Of a stretch of 64,000 nt of DNA, positions 29,862 through 38,669 are shown in pieces. Origin of the DNA: Candidatus Melainabacteria bacterium 17Bon1m (lineage in GTDB: Bacteria > Cyanobacteriota > Vampirovibrionia > Obscuribacterales > Obscuribacteraceae); assembly GCA_032128875.1 (NCBI GenBank), contig JAVLKG010000012.1:96001-160000 (forward strand). Direction: 5' to 3'. Numbering within the stretch: position 1 is the first letter of the stretch; each line of letters starts with the position of its first letter. Below the pieces are notes generated by a model that was given only the letters and a program-made list of their open reading frames with translations, had not been told where the DNA came from and searched no databases. Position numbers and translations under genes: made by a program.

Positions 29862-32684
29862 ATGACATTTACAGGAATTCCACCTGTCAGCGATGAGCCG
29901 GAGGTCGAACAAAATTCGGAGCAAAGCTCTCAACGCGCAGATACATTCTACGACTCCTTCGCTTCTCCATTCCAGGAGAAAGGGATTTTTAGCACTCCCG
30001 AAGGAATGGGCGTGATGATGCTTGGCGTGCTATTACCAGGGCTACTATTAGCTGCAGCCGCCGTTGCCTGCTGTGAACGAATTACGTTGATGCTGTTAAA
30101 GCATCCCGTAGAGACTATGGTCGAATTAGCGCTCGCAGTAATGATCCCAGTAGGCAATTTTGTCATATGGAAATCCTTGTCGCGCGATGACAGGCGTTTT
30201 GCAAAACGTCGCGGCATCATCAATGGCATGGCCATCGGAACCGCGTCCATCATTGCTGCAATTGGATGGGCTGCAGTTATTTTGCATTACCCGTCCGTCG
30301 ATGAATCCAGTGGCAATCCACATCCTGGAGCGTTTACGAGTATAGCTGTTATAGCGACACTTGCCGCTTCAACTGCCATTTACCTTGCCAACTCTTTGCG
30401 CGTTTCACGTGAACTTCGCAGTTCGCAATTGCGTACCGTTGCATACTCCGTCATCGGAGTACTCTTCTCCGCCTTGCTTTTCATCGGCTCTGAAGCACGC
30501 TCAATTTGCATTCGAGTAGCCGAGTACATGTCTACATCTGAGAGTGTTGCTGAAAGAAAAAGCGGTTTGGATTTCTTGCGTCAAATCAATCCGGAGCGCG
30601 ATTTGATGATGGAATGCGCCAATTCCAAAGCGGCTGGAATACCGGGGCTCTTCATTCGAATTGAACCCACGACGCAGCGCCAGCTGTATTTTTCTGTCAC
30701 GGGCAAACCATTTAGAGATGACAAATCATCTGACTTCGCGTCGATGCCTGATGACTATTTGCAGAGACATGTTGTTGGTGCACCGATCTCAGGACTCTCT
30801 CTCGTACGTTCTGCAATGACAGGAGTAGTAAATCCAAGCACCCTCAGCTCAACGATCAATTGGACATTCGTTTTCAAAAACCGAACATATCAAAGACAAG
30901 AAGCACGCGCAGAAATTGGTCTGCCTGAAGGTGCAGTGGTGTCGCAGATGACGGTCTGGCCCGATGGAGAGCCGACAAATGCGCGTTTCAATGTTTCGGG
31001 CGCAGCAGCCAATGCATTTCAATCGCCGGTAGAAGCAGGGCACGATGCGCCGGCAATCGTCACAGATCTTGGTCGCGGCCGGACATTGTTGCATTGCTAT
31101 CCAGTACCTGCACAGGGCGAAATGAAGGTGCGAGTAGCTATAGTCGTTCCGCTCAAGCTCCACACTTTGACCGAAGCCTCTGTCTCGCTGCCACGTTTTA
31201 TCGACAACAATTTTGCAATAGCCACGGACAATTCAATGAGCATCCGCTCGCCTGAAAAGTTGACAATGAATCTTAAAGGGATTCGCGCGGGTGTTTCCGC
31301 GCTGGGTGACAAGGTGCTCTCCGGCACGATCAAAGAGGAAGATCTTTCGGGAGCTGGATTATCGATTCGCGTCACACGGCCTGCTACGCTCGGACCCAAC
31401 GTTGTACGTGATCCCTTTATCAAAGCTGGTTCTTTCATAGTGCAAACCATTAAGAAGGTCGATGCACCGGCACCAAGTCAGCTTATCGTTGTTGTAGATG
31501 GCTCGCAAAGTGTAAGAGACCATTTGAAAGAACTGAAGTCAGCGCTATCGAAATTGCCGGATACGATGGCAAAATCAATGATCATTGCATCCGATCAAAA
31601 TGGAGCGCCGGAGGTATTGGACTTCAAAACAGGGCTGAGCAAGCTTGATTCTATAAACCTCAGCGGAGGGCAAGACAACTTGCAAGCTGTTGTTAAGGCC
31701 GCAGAACTCGCAGGTGAAGCGAAGGGTGGAAATGTGCTCTGGATTCACGGACCACAACCAAGCTTCAACGAAGAAATTTACATCATGGCACCCTACATCG
31801 CTACGCCTAAGTTCTACGAGCTGGCGTTGGATAACGGGATCATGGATGCCAATGAGTTCTTCAAAAACCACCGCGAGATTGGACCATTCACCGCTATCGC
31901 ACGCAGTGCCACCGCCAGTGATGATCTGGAACGATTCATTGCTAAGTGGCAACCAGGAGGTACTGATTTTTCAGTTGAATATACAGCTGTCTCGAATGCT
32001 GATGCATCTAAGAATGCGACACCTGCACAGGCCTCAGAAATCGCTTGTTTGGCTGCTAATCAGAAAGTCTCTCAGTTGTTGCATCAGGGCAAGGTGGCGA
32101 AAGCTGCAGTGATTGCCTGTGCGCACAACATCGTCACTTCTGTTTCGCTCGCCTCTGTTTTGCCCAACGTCAACCGGACTAACTACGCTGCCGCCACCAG
32201 AAGTGATGCTTTTGCCTCTAACTCCGAAAACGATTCAGCGTCAGCCGTACTGCAGGGGACTACTAATTCGGAAGTTCTGGCTTCTCAATCAGGTACTTAT
32301 GCAGAGCGAAAGTATGAGCAATACTCTAAATACTCAGCGGACCTACAGGGCGCAACCAATGGAACCATCCCGCAAGGTACGGATGCAACCTACATCACAG
32401 GAGTCAACACCGCAGGAACTGTACGTGTCAACAACATGGCAAATCTCGAAGCCTTGTTGAACATCATCGCCAACGGCTGTGAAATCCTTGGTATTTTGTT
32501 CGGTGGAGCCTGGGCGGCCAAAGCGATTTTCGCAATGGCACAAGGAACACCGCAAGCCAAGGACGGCTTAACTCATTCTGCCAGACTTGCATATGGTGTG
32601 TTGAGCATCGCAGGTGGCTTGGCTGTTCCGGGAGCAATCAATTGGCTAGTCGCATCTGCGCGCGACGCTAATTTGTTTAGCTAA
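29862..32684 (+). CDS. Multi-TM VIT/vWA-like domain protein with C-terminal two-helix hydrophobic tail
   Basis: GGAGGA SD before ATG 29862; about 5 N-terminal TM; VIT-like FKN..QEARAEIGLPEGAVVSQMT; MIDAS-like DGSQS; LQGATNGT linker. Confidence 0.75.
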   Translation: MTFTGIPPVSDEPEVEQNSEQSSQRADTFYDSFASPFQEKGIFSTPEGMGVMMLGVLLPGLLLAAAAVACCERITLMLLKHPVETMVELALAVMIPVGNFVIWKSLSRDDRRFAKRRGIINGMAIGTASIIAAIGWAAVILHYPSVDESSGNPHPGAFTSIAVIATLAASTAIYLANSLRVSRELRSSQLRTVAYSVIGVLFSALLFIGSEARSICIRVAEYMSTSESVAERKSGLDFLRQINPERDLMMECANSKAAGIPGLFIRIEPTTQRQLYFSVTGKPFRDDKSSDFASMPDDYLQRHVVGAPISGLSLVRSAMTGVVNPSTLSSTINWTFVFKNRTYQRQEARAEIGLPEGAVVSQMTVWPDGEPTNARFNVSGAAANAFQSPVEAGHDAPAIVTDLGRGRTLLHCYPVPAQGEMKVRVAIVVPLKLHTLTEASVSLPRFIDNNFAIATDNSMSIRSPEKLTMNLKGIRAGVSALGDKVLSGTIKEEDLSGAGLSIRVTRPATLGPNVVRDPFIKAGSFIVQTIKKVDAPAPSQLIVVVDGSQSVRDHLKELKSALSKLPDTMAKSMIIASDQNGAPEVLDFKTGLSKLDSINLSGGQDNLQAVVKAAELAGEAKGGNVLWIHGPQPSFNEEIYIMAPYIATPKFYELALDNGIMDANEFFKNHREIGPFTAIARSATASDDLERFIAKWQPGGTDFSVEYTAVSNADASKNATPAQASEIACLAANQKVSQLLHQGKVAKAAVIACAHNIVTSVSLASVLPNVNRTNYAAATRSDAFASNSENDSASAVLQGTTNSEVLASQSGTYAERKYEQYSKYSADLQGATNGTIPQGTDATYITGVNTAGTVRVNNMANLEALLNIIANGCEILGILFGGAWAAKAIFAMAQGTPQAKDGLTHSARLAYGVLSIAGGLAVPGAINWLVASARDANLFS

Positions 32685-32710
32685 GGCGCTGAGTTGATGG
32701 GATAAGTGCA

Positions 32711-32740
32711 GGGGGCGATGCCATGCATCGCCCCTTTCTT
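32711..32740. repeat. REP-like palindrome, possibly acting as a terminator
   Basis: GGGGCGATGC-CAT-GCATCGCCCC followed by TTTCTT; its reverse complement recurs at 42004-42022. Confidence 0.6.
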
Positions 32741-32829
32741 CGCAATTACCTCAATGAGTGGCACATTGTATGCGCCTTTTCAGTAGGTTAGAATGTTTCG
32801 GTTGACATCGATACCGAAGGAAAATCTGC

Positions 32830-33633
32830 ATGGCTGAATCGGACGGAAGTGTAAGTTTTTACTTCTTCGATCTCGATGACAATTTGTTCTTTCTTCCGAC
32901 GAAACTTTATTTGTGGAATGCGGAAGCTCAGCAGGAGCGTCCTATTTCTTCAGGCCAGTATGCAGAAGTACACGATCTCCTCGGCAGAAGCGGCGCGTGG
33001 CAAGAGTGGGCGGTAAGAGAGGAATTCAGCTATAGAGATTTTCGCGACGAGCCTGGGGTAAAACCCGAAGACCAACCGTTTTGCAAAGACTTACTGGCAG
33101 CAGCGCAATCCGGCGATTCGTCATGGAAGGGACCATCTTGGCCTTTGCTTGAACACGCGGCGAAGAGCCAAAGACCAGTTGTTTTCATAAGTGCCCGCGG
33201 TCACTCATCCGCAACTATTGAAGCTGGATTCAAAGCATTAGCCGACAAAGGAATTCTCGAAGCACCGCTGCTGATTCTAGGCATTTATACGGTGATGAAT
33301 CCTGAAGTGAGGAAAGTTTTGGGCGTTACCGATCAAAGCATCACTGTTCCATCTCTAAAGAAGCTTGCTATCAAAGCTGCTGTTGAGAAAGCGTTGGAGA
33401 AATATGGCAGTGCACCACCTCATCGATTTGGTATCTCAGATGATGACCCGAACAATGTGATGCTCGCGATTAATGCAATGCGCGACTGCAAGGTCAAGTA
33501 TCCAGACAAGCGTTTTTTTGTGATCAACACAAACAAAGAGCACTATGTGAAATTAGAAGTTTTCCCGATGCTCCACCCTGTCACCGCGGACGCACAAGGC
33601 AAAAAGTTACTCTCGCAACCAGATGTGCCCTAG
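32830..33633 (+). CDS. Uncharacterised HAD-superfamily-like protein
   Basis: FFDLDDN (motif I), ISARGH (motif II), K (motif III), GISDDD (motif IV). Confidence 0.65.
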   Translation: MAESDGSVSFYFFDLDDNLFFLPTKLYLWNAEAQQERPISSGQYAEVHDLLGRSGAWQEWAVREEFSYRDFRDEPGVKPEDQPFCKDLLAAAQSGDSSWKGPSWPLLEHAAKSQRPVVFISARGHSSATIEAGFKALADKGILEAPLLILGIYTVMNPEVRKVLGVTDQSITVPSLKKLAIKAAVEKALEKYGSAPPHRFGISDDDPNNVMLAINAMRDCKVKYPDKRFFVINTNKEHYVKLEVFPMLHPVTADAQGKKLLSQPDVP

Positions 33634-33668
33634 ATTGCTTGTAAAGTCCGTGGCGCAATTTATTGCTG

Positions 33669-34022
33669 CTATGCCGAAGCCGTCTTCGGCGTCCTTCTGT
33701 TTTTCCTTTTGATGACCGTTGTCTCAACGGAAACATTCAGAACATCTGCGATAGTTGAGAGTATGCGCGATAAATTGTCCATACTTGGATTGCCTCGTGC
33801 AGAAAGCATTCTATGGAGACTTTTTGACGGACTTCCGATGCGGGTTGAAAGACCTTCGAATCCGATTGTTGCGTTAACTATCTCGCGCAATATGAGACGT
33901 GATGTTTCTGCATCTCCTGTTAAAAACAACGAAAGTGCCTCATCTAGAAGAGCTTGAGCGAACTCAGGATCTTTGTGAGCGCGCTCCATGATGGTGTCTT
34001 TAAAGTCGCGAGTTAGTCCCAT
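33669..34022 (-). CDS. Type II antitoxin / HTH transcriptional regulator
   Basis: LTRDFKDTI..R...DPEF and KSLHRMLSARGNPSMDNL HTH; downstream of the toxin. Confidence 0.85.
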   Translation of the reverse strand: MGLTRDFKDTIMERAHKDPEFAQALLDEALSLFLTGDAETSRLILREIVNATIGFEGLSTRIGSPSKSLHRMLSARGNPSMDNLSRILSTIADVLNVSVETTVIKRKNRRTPKTASA

Positions 34023-34055
34023 ATCTATTACTAAAGTCCTTTTTTCATCTCTAAA

Positions 34056-34403
34056 TTATTCTGGTTTTTTCTTGCTTTCTTCCTGGGATTTGTATTCTTT
34101 GTACAATGCTTTAGCGGTAGCAATGTCTCTAGATTGCCGCACCTTTGTTCCGCCTCCGAAGAGCACTATCAGATCTACGCCATCTCTTGCTAGATAGATG
34201 CGATATCCTGGACCCCAGTTTATCCTGTACTCACCGATGCCGCCGTCAAGCCATTTTATGGCTGAGGTTGCCCCTCTTTCCAATTTTAGTATCGCAACTG
34301 CCACTTTCGCTGCAGCTTCGGGCGGTAGCTTGTTGAACCAGCGCTGATAAGGGTTGGTTCCGTCTGGGCGTAAGTATTCCAGTATTTTTGGATGGTAACT
34401 CAT
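34056..34403 (-). CDS. Type II toxin, RelE/ParE superfamily (addiction-module killer type)
   Basis: GIGEYRINWGPGYRIY, LFGGGTK..Q.RDI..AK. Confidence 0.88.
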   Translation of the reverse strand: MSYHPKILEYLRPDGTNPYQRWFNKLPPEAAAKVAVAILKLERGATSAIKWLDGGIGEYRINWGPGYRIYLARDGVDLIVLFGGGTKVRQSRDIATAKALYKEYKSQEESKKKPE

Positions 34404-34524
34404 GTGTTACTGCCTGTCAATTGCAATCGGCAATTTCCTTGTGGGTCCATAAATTCAAATACGTAAATGGCGAGCAAAAAGTTCAATTTGCTCGTATGAA
34501 GTTTCTGAATGATCTTTGTTGCAG

Positions 34525-35259
34525 TTAGGTTTGCTTCATCGGATCAACTATGCGCCAGGTTCCATCGGGAAAGAGGATTTCCGATGGTTCGTAGTGTCCT
34601 TTGTATTCCATCGAGCGGCAGCCTTTGACGAAGTAGCCGAGGTAGGCATAGGGCAAGCCTAATTCCCCTGCGCGCTGGATCATAGTAATCAAAATCCATG
34701 TTCCAAGTTGTCGATCCCGATAGTCTGGATCCCAAAAGAAGTAGATGCCGGAAAAACCATCCTTGAGCACGTCCATGTAGCTTACGGATACCAGTTTTTC
34801 ATCGATGTAATAACACCATTCTTCTACAGGAAATGGTCCATCTATGATGGAGGAAATATGTTCTACTCCACCAATTAGAGATGGTGTCGGCCAGCCTTTG
34901 GTTTGCGAATGATCCTGATGGTGACGCATGTACAAGGTCACTTTCTCTTCGTTGAGGTCTGGCGCTTGTACTTTTAGCACCACAGAGTTCTCGTTTTGTT
35001 TGATTAGGCGGCGCTGGCTTCGATTTGGCTTATATTCATGAGTTAGAACACGTATCGGCTGGCATGCCGTGCACGATGGACAGGCGGGGCGAAACAAGAC
35101 ATGCCCAAAGCGTCTCCAGCCGGAATTGATCAATTCCCAATATTTTTCAGGCGTGAGATTCTTAATCAGCGCGTACTTAAGTTGCCAGGTTTCGGCGGGC
35201 AAGTATCCGCACTGGCTTGGATGCGCTACGTAAGAATAATCAAGTTCCGGATCTTTCAA
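34525..35259 (-). CDS. bpt: Bacterial ATE1-like aminoacyl-tRNA--protein transferase (Asp/Glu leucyltransferase)
   Basis: CGYLP, GWRRFG..FRPACPSCTACQPIR, YFFWDPD..LG, YLGYFVKGCRSMEYK. Confidence 0.88.
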   Translation of the reverse strand: MKDPELDYSYVAHPSQCGYLPAETWQLKYALIKNLTPEKYWELINSGWRRFGHVLFRPACPSCTACQPIRVLTHEYKPNRSQRRLIKQNENSVVLKVQAPDLNEEKVTLYMRHHQDHSQTKGWPTPSLIGGVEHISSIIDGPFPVEEWCYYIDEKLVSVSYMDVLKDGFSGIYFFWDPDYRDRQLGTWILITMIQRAGELGLPYAYLGYFVKGCRSMEYKGHYEPSEILFPDGTWRIVDPMKQT

Positions 35260-35864
35260 TGAGAGTAAGTTCCAATCAGCTCCCCTTGTGCAAGGATATG
35301 CCCTTTTATGGCGGTTTCATACTGCTGCTTAGAACAACCCGGGCTGAGCTTAAGTTGGTCGCTTAGGGCTACCACTTTGAAGTGATAATGATGGTTTTGC
35401 CCCTTTGGAGGCATTGGACCGTTGTAGCCGAGTTGTTCGAAATCGTTTTTCCCTTCGATTGAACCCTTCGGCAGCGCCTTGCCCTTGCTTGCTCCTTCGC
35501 TCAACTGAGTAACACTCGCTGGAATGTTCGATAGGGTCCAATGCCACCATGTTCCGCCAGGCGCATCAGGATCTTCTACAGAAAGTGCATAGCATTTTGT
35601 GCCATTGGGCCCAGCGGTCCATTTTAGTGGTGGCGAGATATCTTTTCCATCGCCTGTGTATTGTTTTGGAATTATTTTTCCAGCACCAAATGCGGTGCTA
35701 GTGACTGTAAGCGTGTCCGATTGTTTCTTGATCTTCCCGGGGCCCGTTTTACTTGCCTTTGAGCCTGTTTTACTTTGGAAACCTGTTTCCCCCGCGATGG
35801 CACAGGCGCCGGATGCTGCGATGCACACACTAACGGTCGCCACTAAAAATCGATTGAGAAACAT
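35256..35864 (-). CDS. YbhB/YbcL (PEBP/Raf kinase inhibitor-like) protein, secreted
   Basis: Signal peptide; DISPPL.W, DPDAP, WWHW, GYNGPMPP, HHYHF. Confidence 0.9.
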   Translation of the reverse strand: MFLNRFLVATVSVCIAASGACAIAGETGFQSKTGSKASKTGPGKIKKQSDTLTVTSTAFGAGKIIPKQYTGDGKDISPPLKWTAGPNGTKCYALSVEDPDAPGGTWWHWTLSNIPASVTQLSEGASKGKALPKGSIEGKNDFEQLGYNGPMPPKGQNHHYHFKVVALSDQLKLSPGCSKQQYETAIKGHILAQGELIGTYSH

Positions 35865-35876
35865 ATTTTTCCCCAT

Positions 35877-35916
35877 AAAAAAAATGACGGGTCTTTTCAT
35901 AAGATGACCCGTCATT
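35877..35916 (-). terminator. Intrinsic terminator after the LysM gene
   Basis: AATGACGGGTC...GACCCGTCATT inverted repeat with a minus-strand U-tract. Confidence 0.65.
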
Positions 35917-35963
35917 ATATTTGTTTTCGATGCTGGTTGGAAGCCGGCCATGGGCGGTAAAAG

Positions 35964-36992
35964 CTACGCGCGGTGGTGTCTCCATTGCTGCTGTTGTTGC
36001 TGTTGCTGCAAGCGTTGCTGATACACCTGATTCCAAGTTTGGTTTTGCTGCTGATGTTGGTGATGATGCTGTTGAATCTGCGGAATTCTAAACTGCTGAG
36101 CTTGATTGAGCGGCATCACGTAATTCTGCTGCGGATGCCCGTAGTGCGAGTAATTAACCGGCTCGCGATATTGCTGAAATTGGTGCGGCCTGTACTGTTG
36201 GTAGTTTGGATATCGTTGATTGTTGTAATAGCCGCCGTCATAATACCCGTCTCTACCATAGCTGTAATCGTCATAATACGGACGCGGGCGGTGGTGGTGG
36301 CGATCTCTGCCGCCTAGAACATTACCCAGAATTGCGCTGCCGGCCATCACGCCGATCATGCCCATAATGTCTCCTGCTGGACCCATGTCCATTGGGCGTT
36401 GTTTCATGTAGCGCTGGTCGCCATAATTCGGATTTCCGTATTGGTCGCCGTAATCCGCGCGCCTATCGACATCGTTGCCTTTCGGTCTATGATGTTCGGG
36501 CGGCGTGCTGCGGTCTCGCGGCGTGTCTTTGTCCTTCTCGCGCTCACTTGGTGGCTTATAATGCGTGTTGAGTACTTTTCCGTGACCAAGTTTCGCCAAT
36601 TCTTCAACACTGTCGACTTTGAGCGTCCATCCGCCCTTAATCTTATCGGGATTGGCTTCTAGTCCTTTTATAGAGTCTTTGTTCTTCTCGACCAGCCCTT
36701 TGACTACATCGAGTTTGAACTTGTCTGTCTTATCCTTGTGATTGGATTCATTGACCATTTTGTTGGCAATAGACCACAGGCTGTCTTTATCTTTGACGGT
36801 GTATGTCTTCGCTGCATCAGACGCCGTCGAAGCGACAACCTTCTTTTCACTGTTGTCGCCAGTAAATTGATAATTGTCCTTCGTGGTGGATGAGCGCTGC
36901 CAGTAGTCACCGGGATTGATTGCACTTTCTGTTGCCGCGACGGATGTGCGCGTTAATTCGCCAGGAGTGGACCCGCCATCGTTTCTATTCAT
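35964..36992 (-). CDS. LysM domain protein with Q/Y/H-rich low-complexity C-terminus
   Basis: YTVKDKDSLWSIA...N...NPDKIKGGWTLKV; poly-Gln tail. Confidence 0.8.
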   Translation of the reverse strand: MNRNDGGSTPGELTRTSVAATESAINPGDYWQRSSTTKDNYQFTGDNSEKKVVASTASDAAKTYTVKDKDSLWSIANKMVNESNHKDKTDKFKLDVVKGLVEKNKDSIKGLEANPDKIKGGWTLKVDSVEELAKLGHGKVLNTHYKPPSEREKDKDTPRDRSTPPEHHRPKGNDVDRRADYGDQYGNPNYGDQRYMKQRPMDMGPAGDIMGMIGVMAGSAILGNVLGGRDRHHHRPRPYYDDYSYGRDGYYDGGYYNNQRYPNYQQYRPHQFQQYREPVNYSHYGHPQQNYVMPLNQAQQFRIPQIQQHHHQHQQQNQTWNQVYQQRLQQQQQQQQWRHHRA

Positions 36993-37346
36993 TGGAGAAT
37001 ACTCTTAAGGTGTTTGGGAGGATGCACCGATCGTATCCACGGCAGGGTGAAGAGATCGTGAATGCGGTCCGTAAACTGCGTATTTACCGCAGTCTTGGCA
37101 ACTGAATTAAAGTTTAGTTGGCGCATTTAAGGGCGGTACAATTTCGATATTCGTCCATTGCATTCCCTTTGTTTTTCAGCTTCTTCGCGATGTTCGTGAA
37201 TACAGATCGCGTTGCGAACAATGCCGTTCGTAGCTGCTAAATGGGGGAACTTCCCATTCTAAGTGTTAACACAACCGGAGGTGCCGCCATAGCCAAAAGG
37301 ACACTATCCATTAATACGGTCGGCAGAATTCATTGGTGGACAATTT

Positions 37347-38468
37347 CTACTTCGGTAACGTGACTACAAATGTAGTGCCAGTTTGCGGTTTGCTGCTGAC
37401 AGTCATTTTGCCGCCATGCGAATCGATTATGCGTTGACACAAGTAAAGGTGCATTCCACACTTGGTCGAATATTTGCGACCAGTTTCACCTTCCCAAAAA
37501 CGCATGAAAAGCCGCTTTTGATCGTCGGGGTCAATATCTCTTCCGCGGTCGTTAATTGAGATCTGAACACCTTCGGTGACCTGGGCAACATTGATATCTA
37601 CCGTTTGCCGATTAGGTGAAGCCTTGATCGCGTTTTCCAAAAGTATAAGCACCACGCGCCTGATGCCGGAAGGATCGCCTTTGATTACTGGCGCACCTTG
37701 AGGGTAATCGGCTGTGACATTTATATTCTTGAACTTCGCCAGCTGCGCGCTTTCTTGTATGCAATTCTCAATCAGTTCTTTCAAGTCTATGTCCGACTTC
37801 ACTAACTGTTGTCGCGTTTGATCGTATGTATAGACGTCGAGTAATTCCTGCGTCACCGCAAGTGATTCTTCATTGCCTTTCTTCAACTGCGAGATCGCGA
37901 CTTTTTGTTGTTCGTTCAAATCACCAAGCGATCCTTCAAGCAAGTGCTCAAGCACGAGCCGACCACCAAGAAGTGGCAACCAAACCTCATTTGCGAGCAG
38001 TCCCATAAAGTCTTCTTTGAGTCTGCTCAGACCCATGGTTTTTTCCAAACCGGCCTTTTTCTTCTGCTCATTGACGAGCGCACTGCGAACGAGAGCCAGG
38101 TTGATCGCTCGATGCAATCGCTCGCGGTCGATGTGAGAATGAAGCAAATAATCTTGCGCGCCCCGCTTAACGGCATCAATGGCGGCACTTTCGTTTTCAG
38201 CTGGACAAATAACAATGACAGGCTGACTGACAAGCTCGCTCCAAAATTCACTGAATGCACGTTGACTTTGCCCGATGGACGTCGTCAGGTCGAATAGCAG
38301 GACTTGGTAGGTGTTCGTCTTCAGCAGATTAAGACCGTCTGATAATGTGCGAGACCAGGTGACTTGATACTCTCCGCGCGTCTCGTCGACCAGAAGATGC
38401 CTCACGGTCACGTAATCGGTGCGGTTGTCGCCAATCAGAAGTACGGATACCGGTTCTACGGTCGCCAT
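37347..38468 (-). CDS. Degenerate REC-histidine kinase hybrid (probable pseudokinase)
   Basis: Collinear with 60326..61426, but the H-box reads LANEVWLPL and the G boxes are degenerate. Start set at ATG 38468 because the longer ORF overlaps the OmpA gene. Confidence 0.8.
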   Translation of the reverse strand: MATVEPVSVLLIGDNRTDYVTVRHLLVDETRGEYQVTWSRTLSDGLNLLKTNTYQVLLFDLTTSIGQSQRAFSEFWSELVSQPVIVICPAENESAAIDAVKRGAQDYLLHSHIDRERLHRAINLALVRSALVNEQKKKAGLEKTMGLSRLKEDFMGLLANEVWLPLLGGRLVLEHLLEGSLGDLNEQQKVAISQLKKGNEESLAVTQELLDVYTYDQTRQQLVKSDIDLKELIENCIQESAQLAKFKNINVTADYPQGAPVIKGDPSGIRRVVLILLENAIKASPNRQTVDINVAQVTEGVQISINDRGRDIDPDDQKRLFMRFWEGETGRKYSTKCGMHLYLCQRIIDSHGGKMTVSSKPQTGTTFVVTLPK

Positions 38469-38669
38469 CTGTATGGTCTCTCTGTCAATCCACTCGCCAA
38501 TTTCCGGTCTTGGATAGATGAAGCCGGATACCTTGAAAGTTCCCAGAAACCGAACTTTTTCAACATCTAGGCTCAAGGCTTCTACGCCGGCTGCTCTTTG
38601 TTGTCTTTCAACAGTTTCATTAAAGCCGCCTTGGGGTGTTATTGAATGACCTGCTTGCGGAGCACTAAC

